The position numbers and the translations under genes are program-made. The notes below the pieces were generated by a model, which was given only the letters and a program-made list of their open reading frames with translations, was not told the origin of the DNA and made no database searches. From an uncultured delta proteobacterium (GTDB lineage Bacteria > Myxococcota_A > Polyangia > Polyangiales > B10-G4), in contig CAVSGI010000021.1 in the NCBI GenBank assembly GCA_963727445.1, positions 1-64,000 of the forward strand: a stretch of DNA of 64,000 nucleotides. Reading direction: 5' to 3'. Shown piece after piece: positions 57,929 through 64,000 of the stretch (the stretch's first letter is position 1; each line of letters begins with the position of its first letter).

Positions 57929-59062
57929 ATGCCTGAGTACGCCCTGTTCGAGGGTCTGACCGAGGAGCAGCGCCAGGTCGTCCAGTCACTCTTGTCGCGT
58001 CGCAGCGTCGAGGCGGGGGACGTGGTGATTCAGGAAGGGGATCCGGGTGATGCGCTCTACCTCGTCGAGGAGGGGGAGCTCGAGGTCTTCAAAGAAAACG
58101 AAGGCAGCGAGGAGCTTCGGCTCACGACGCTCGAGCCCGGAGACGAGTTCGGGAGCGTGGCCCTGTTGAGCGACGAGCCGCGATCTGCGTCCGTCCGGGC
58201 GCTCACCCCGACGACGCTGCTCGCGCTGACCATCGGCGATCTGCGGGAGCTGTCACGCGAGGCGATCGACAGCCCCTACGTGGTTCTGTTGAAGAACCTG
58301 CTCACGAATCAGAACGCCAACCTCCGGCGCAGCTCGGAGACGGTGGTGGCGCACTTCGAGGCGAAGCTGAAGGAGGCTCAGCGCGGACTGGCGATGGGCT
58401 CCTTCCTCGGGTTCCTCATCCTGACGATGTGCGTCTACGGATTCGCGCTGCGCGTCAGCGTGGAGGCGGTCTCCGCCGCCGGGGACAGCACGCCGATCAC
58501 GGTGGTGATCCTGCTCTTCTACGTCGCCTCGCTCCTGGTGTTCATGCGGCGGAGCGGATATTCCATGACCACCTTCGGGCTCACACTGAAGGGCTGGAAA
58601 CGCGCCACGCGCGAATCGCTGCTCTGGTCGTGTGCGTTCATCGCCGTGACCATCGCCGCCAAAGCCCTCGCGATCTCGGTGATCCCCGCATACCAGGGCG
58701 AGCCGCTCTTCTCTCTCGATGGCTTCTACAAGTTCTCGGCGACGGAGAACCTCGCCCTCGCCGCCACCTACGCCGCCTTCGCGCCCGCCCAGGAGCTCAT
58801 CGCCCGCGGCGCGCTGCAGAGCTCCTTTCAGGAATTTCTGCAGGGGAAATGGGTGACGGGCCGCGCTATCGTCTACTCGACGATGCTCTTCGCCACCACG
58901 CATCTTCACCTGTCCACGGCCTTTGCGATCGCTACCCTCGTCCCCAGCGTCTTCTGGGGGGTCCTCTACGCGCGACAGCGCACGCTCGTGGGCGTGTCGA
59001 TCTCGCACGTCCTCATCGGCCTCTTCGTCCTGTTCGTGCTCGGGGCGCCAGGCGGCGGATGA
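57929..59062 (+). CDS. cNMP-binding domain + CPBP (CAAX/Abi) membrane domain fusion
   Basis: EGDPGDALY, FGSVALL..PRSASV; QELIARG, FATTH, SHVLIG. Confidence 0.85.
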   Translation: MPEYALFEGLTEEQRQVVQSLLSRRSVEAGDVVIQEGDPGDALYLVEEGELEVFKENEGSEELRLTTLEPGDEFGSVALLSDEPRSASVRALTPTTLLALTIGDLRELSREAIDSPYVVLLKNLLTNQNANLRRSSETVVAHFEAKLKEAQRGLAMGSFLGFLILTMCVYGFALRVSVEAVSAAGDSTPITVVILLFYVASLLVFMRRSGYSMTTFGLTLKGWKRATRESLLWSCAFIAVTIAAKALAISVIPAYQGEPLFSLDGFYKFSATENLALAATYAAFAPAQELIARGALQSSFQEFLQGKWVTGRAIVYSTMLFATTHLHLSTAFAIATLVPSVFWGVLYARQRTLVGVSISHVLIGLFVLFVLGAPGGG

Positions 59063-62000
59063 AGATGATGGACATCGAAAGCTGGTTGGTAAGCCAGGGT
59101 CTCGCGCAGTATGCCGAGGCGTTCGTCGAAAACGACATCACCGTCGATCTCCTCCCAGAGCTGACCGACGCCGACCTGCGCGAGCTCGGCGTCGCCTCGC
59201 TGGGGCATCGCAAGCGGCTGCTCAAGGCGATCGCTGCCCTGAATGCCGCCGCCGCGTCCGCGGCGCCTGCCGCGCCTGCACCGACACCGACCGAAGCACG
59301 GCCCACGACTTCCCTCGATGAAGGGGAGCGACGCCATGCGACCGTCATGTTCTCCGATCTCACGGGCTACACGGCGCTCAACGAGGCCTTCGACCCCGAG
59401 GAGGTCGAGCAGATCATGGCGCGCATCAAGCGCGAGGCGAACGAGACCATCGAAAAGCACGGCGGTCGCGTCAATCAGTTCGTGGGGGACGAGGTGATGG
59501 CGCTCTTCGGCGTGCCCGTCTCGCGACGCGACGAAGCGGAGCGCGCCGTGCGGGCTGCGCTCGAGCTCCACGAGCGCGTGAACGTCATCGCCGCGGGGCT
59601 CGCAGACCGCCTCGGGCGGCGCCTCTCGATGCACACCGGCATCCAGAGCGGGCTCGTCGTCGCGCGTCGCAGCGACTCGCGCGCAGGCGACTACACGCTG
59701 ACTGGGGACGCGGTGAACACGGCCGCGCGCCTCCGTGGGCTCGCCGAGCCGGGCGAGGTCGTGGTCAGCTCGCAGGTCTGGCAGCAGGTCTCGGAGGCCT
59801 TCGACGCCGAGGCGGGCGAATCGGTCGAGGTGAAGGGCAAGGAGCACGCCCTCGTGCCGTGGCGGATCACCAGCGAGCGGACGATGCCGCGAGGCGGCAG
59901 GCGCGAGCTGGTCGGCCGGGTCGACGAGGTGCGGCAGTTCGAGGCGCTCGCGCAGACGTGCGCCGTGGAGGGCCGCGGCCGCGTCCTCTTCGTTCGGGGC
60001 GACCCGGGCATCGGCAAGTCCCGCCTCGTCGCCGAGCTGGTGCAGATCGCCCGCGAGCACGGGCTCTTGTGCCACCTCACCTCCGTGCTCGATTTCGGCG
60101 CACGCACGGGGCCAGCCGCGATCCAGGCGCTCGTCCAGAGCATCCTCGGCCTCGACGCCGATGCCGACGAAGGAAGCCGCGCCGAAGCGATCGCCGAGGT
60201 CGCGACGGAAGGAGAGGCGGGCGCCGAGATCGCGCCCTTTCTCTACAATCTGCTCTCCGTCACGCCGCCCCCCGAGGTCCAAGCGCTCCTGTCGGCGATG
60301 GACGGTCAGACGCGGGCGAAAGGGAGATGCGACGCGCTGCGCCACGTCGCCCGGCCGCGGCCGAAGAGCCCGACCCTGCTGCTCGTCGAGGACGTCAACT
60401 GGGCCGAGCCCGCCACCCTGAGGCAGCTCGCGACGCTCGCGGCGCTCGCGGCCGCCCACCCCATGCTCGTGATGATGACGACGCGCTTCGCCGGTGACCC
60501 GAGCGTGGGCGAGTGGCGGAGCAACCTGCACGGGCTGCCGGTGAGCAGCTTGAACCTCGGCCCTCTCCCACCGGACGACGCGCTGCGCCTCGCGGGAGCG
60601 AGCGCGTCGATGTCGGAGGCGATGCTGCGCACTTGCGTCGAGCGGGCCGAAGGCAACCCGCTCTTCCTCGAGCAGCTCGTCCTGAGCGCCAGCGAGGACC
60701 ACGCCTCGCACCTGCCGGGGTCGGTCCAGGCCCTCATTCAGGCCCGGATGGACCGCCTCGACGTCTCCGAGCGGGCCGCGCTCCAGGCGGCGGCGGTGTG
60801 GGGGCCCCGCGTGCCTCGTGAGGCCATCCGCTACCTCGTCGGCGATCCCTCCTGGGACGAGCGCGTGCTCGTCGAGCATTTCTTGATGCGGCTCGAGGGC
60901 GACGAGCTGGTGTTCAGCCACGCACTCATCCGTGACGGTGCGTACGGTGCGCTGCTCCTCGCGAAGAGGCGTGCGCTCCACCAGCGCGTGGCGGAGTGGG
61001 TCCAGGGGCAGAACGTAGCGCTCGCGGCGCAACACTACGAACGCGCGGGCGATTCGCGCGCGCCGGGCGCGTACCTGCGAGCAGCCGAAGCCCTGGCAGA
61101 GATGCTTCGACACGAAGAGGGCCTCGCCCAGGTCGAGCGTGGCCTCGCGCTCGCGGCTCCCGGCGCGGAGACCTTCGCGCTCCAGCGGCTGCGAGCCCGC
61201 CTGCTGCTCGAGACCGGTCGCGCTGCGGACTCGGTCGATGCCGCGCGGCGCGCCGTCGATGCCGCGACCACGAACGCGGAGCGGGCGTCCGGGCTCGTCG
61301 CCATCGCGGCAGCCCTGCGCATCCTGGATCGCCCCGAGGAGGGCCTCGACCGTCTCGCGGAGGCCCAGCCGCTCCTCGACGGTGCCAGCCCGGAGCTCTC
61401 GCGACTCTTCGGTCTGCGCGGAAACCTCAATTTCGTGCTCGGGCGCTGGGAGCAATGCGAAGACGCGCACGAGAACGCGCTCCGGACGGCGCGCGAGGCG
61501 GGCTCAATCGAGGCGGAGATCTTGGCTCTCAGCGGAGTCGGCGACGCGGCCTTCGGTCGGGGACGAATACGCACGGCACACGAGCACTTCATACAATGCA
61601 AGGAGCGCGCGGGCGAGCACGCGCTCTACCGAATCGAGACGACCTCCGAGGTGATGTCCGGCTGGACCTGGTTCTTCCAGATGAACATTCATCAGAGCCT
61701 GGAGTCCACGGCCGCCGGAATCGAACGCGCCCGGAAGCTGAGGCTCGCTCGGACGGAGCTGCTTGCGCACATGCAGCGCGCGCTCCTCCACGGTTGGGTT
61801 CGCGGCGATGTCGCTGCGGGGCGCGAGGAGCTCGCCCTAGCGCTCGAGAATCGCGAGCGCACTCGGGTCCCGCCGATTCCACGCCATGAACCACGTCTAC
61901 AGCGGGTTGCTGTGTATCAGGGAGGGCGACGCCGAAGAGGCGCGAGCCCTCGCCCAACAGGCCCTCGCGATGAGCGATGACGTGCTGTCGTTCATCGGGA

Positions 62001-62410
62001 TGCAGATCTACGGTCTCCTCGCGTGCGCCGGCGAGACCGTCGAGAGCCGGCGCGAGGCGCTCTCCAGCGGTGAGACGCTCTCCGCGAGGGGCGTCACCGG
62101 CATAGGCCAGCTGTTGTTTTACGACACGGCGATCGAGTCGTGCCTGATCGACGAGCGCTGGGAAGACGCGGACCACCAGGTCGCGAGCCTCGAGGCCTTC
62201 ATGGCATCCGAGCCCTTCGCGTGGGGCGAGTTCATCGCGGAGCGGGGGCGAGCGATATCGCGGGTAGGTCGCGGCGAAAACGATGGGGAGTTGGCAGCGA
62301 CGCTCCGAGCGCTCGAGGACCGAGCGAGGGAGGCGGACGACCTCATGCACGTGCCGGCGATCGAGGACGCGCTCGCGCAGATCGGCGGGGGTGAGTTCGC
62401 GCCACCATGA
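59059..62410 (+). CDS. SAM + class III nucleotide cyclase + P-loop NTPase + TPR protein, frameshifted near 61849
   Basis: WLVSQGLAQY..LGHRKRLL; FSDLTG, FVGD, GDAVNTAARL; GDPGIGKS; GNPLFLE; removing one A at 61849 joins ORF 61886-62410. Confidence 0.85.
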
Positions 62411-62618
62411 CGATCACGGGCGGCTGTGGACGACGAGCCGAGGATCCGCCTCAAAGGGACCTTCGATCAGAAGGAGCGGAGCCAGCTCTCGGGCGGAAGT
62501 CGCCAACCGTTGCTGGGCCGCCTCCTCTTCAGCGCTCGCGGCGCACTTGGGGGAGGACATAAGCACAGTTAAGGCGCGACCCGTAGCGTTCGCCCGATGC
62601 CACACGCAGGGTTTGTTC

Positions 62619-64000
62619 ATGATTTCCATGCGTCTCGTCGCGAACGGTTCCGCCGCGCTCCTCTTGCTTTCATCGGGCCTCGCCGTCACTGGATGCGGCG
62701 ACCCGGCGGTAGCCGACAACGACGGAGGCGCATCCACTTCAGATGACGCGAGCGGGTGGGACGGCGCGAGCGAGGACGGTGCGCTCCCTTCGGACGGCGC
62801 CGTCGCCTCGGACGGTGGGCCGCCCGGGGATTCGTCCGTCGACGGAGGCATCGCGATGCCTGGCTACGAATCCGGTGGGCACGCCCACGACCCGCTCGGG
62901 CGGTCGAGGCGGGCCACCAATCGTGTTCTGGCCCAAGCCCGTATACGCGCATCCCGAGGTCCCATTCGAGTTCACGATGGTCGCGTACGACGAGGAGCAC
63001 GATCGACTGCGCTACTCCCTCCGTGAAGCGCCCGACGGGATGACGATCGACGCAAACGGTACCCTCCGCTGGACCCCGGACACCTCGGCCGGCGCCCACG
63101 AGTTCACCGTGGAGGTGGACGACGGTCGCGGCAATCCGGTAGCGGTGCCCGTCACGCTCACGGTGGACGCTTCGCGCTTCCTGTTCGTCGCGCCCGACGG
63201 GAGCGACGACGCAGACGGCACCATTGGGTCTCCTTTGCGTGACGTCGAGGCCGCAATGCGGGGTGTCGTCGCCCGCGGCCCGGGCAGCACGCTCTACGTT
63301 CGCGGCGGCACCTACGACATCCACTGGCAGTGGGAGCAGTCCGGTGTGGCGTCTCCATTTCGCGGGGCCACGGGAAGCCCCGACGCGCCCTTCGTCGTGC
63401 GCGGCTACCCAGGCGAAACGCCGGTTCTCGATTGCGGAGGCGATGGACATGGTCTCTGGAGCTACGGCGGAAGCTACATCTTGATGGCAGATATGGAGGT
63501 GCAGAGCGCGAGCGGACGCGGGGGTGCCCTCATCGATGGCGATCACAACGTCATGCAGAACATCACGGTGCGCGACTCCAACTGGCCGGCCGCGGCCAAC
63601 TGCACGGGCTTCTTGGTGAGGGGGGCCGAAGCGGTCTGCCACCGCTGCCGCGGATACGACAACTACGATCGCACGAGCACGCACTGGAACAGCTCGAACT
63701 TCCTGGTGTACGCCGACGGGAGCACGGAGCGGGACATGTACATTCTCGACAGCTACTCGGAGAACAGCATCGTCGGGTTCAAGATCAAGCACGCCGGCGT
63801 GGGGCGCCTCGTGCTGCATGGCTCACGCGAAGCGGACAGTAGCGACGGTTGGGGGGGCATAGACGATGGATCGACGATCCGTTTCAACACGTTCGAGCGA
63901 AACAGCACCGGCATCGCAGTCGGTATCAGCGATCCCAACGAGTCCACCGCGGGCGACATCCTCGTCGAATACAACACGGTGGTGGATGCGAACTACGCCT
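62619..64000 (+). CDS. Lipoprotein with Ig-like and beta-helix domains, frameshift near 62860, runs off the window
   Basis: AVTGC lipobox; second frame APDGMTID..GTLRWTP, FVAPDGSDDADGTIGSP, YVRGGTY, YPGETPVLD open to the end. Confidence 0.7.

Noticed and set aside
58429..59058. N-terminal extension of the 1183-aa ORF
   Set aside because: Off-frame overlap with the CPBP gene; the SAM domain starts at 59059
22177..61470. Long antisense ORFs (e.g. 22177-24009, 23955-25970, 42870-44696, 58966-61470)
   Set aside because: Shadow frames of real genes in high-GC DNA with no motifs

Overview
GC-rich window whose gene content (many Cys-lipobox lipoproteins with DAG/DSG linkers, RAYT, SAM-cyclase-NTPase-TPR) points to a myxobacterium; the taxonomy is inferred. 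The first ~16 kb is a mosaic of gene fragments (3' ends of dnaK, ettA, tRNA-Thr, an IS3 transposase, and VWA, RCC1, LolA-like and AHH-toxin genes) plus orphan immunity-like genes. Many junctions coincide with a ~125-bp structured dispersed repeat that I call R1 (4 full and about 7 partial copies). R1 has conserved boxes and two variable hairpin arms that are shuffled between copies. Two apparently identical IS110-family (IS1111-like) elements sit at the same TA dinucleotide at the edge of R1. Their 300-bp 3' non-coding end carries short matches to both target halves and both element ends, as expected for a bridge/seekRNA. Two further REP-like families occur: R2, and R3, which flanks a RAYT gene. 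The remainder is mostly accessory lipoproteins, hydrolases and small regulatory operons. It includes a cNMP-binding/CPBP membrane protein gene overlapping the start of a class III cyclase-NTPase-TPR gene. All calls come from reading motifs by eye; no searches were run.
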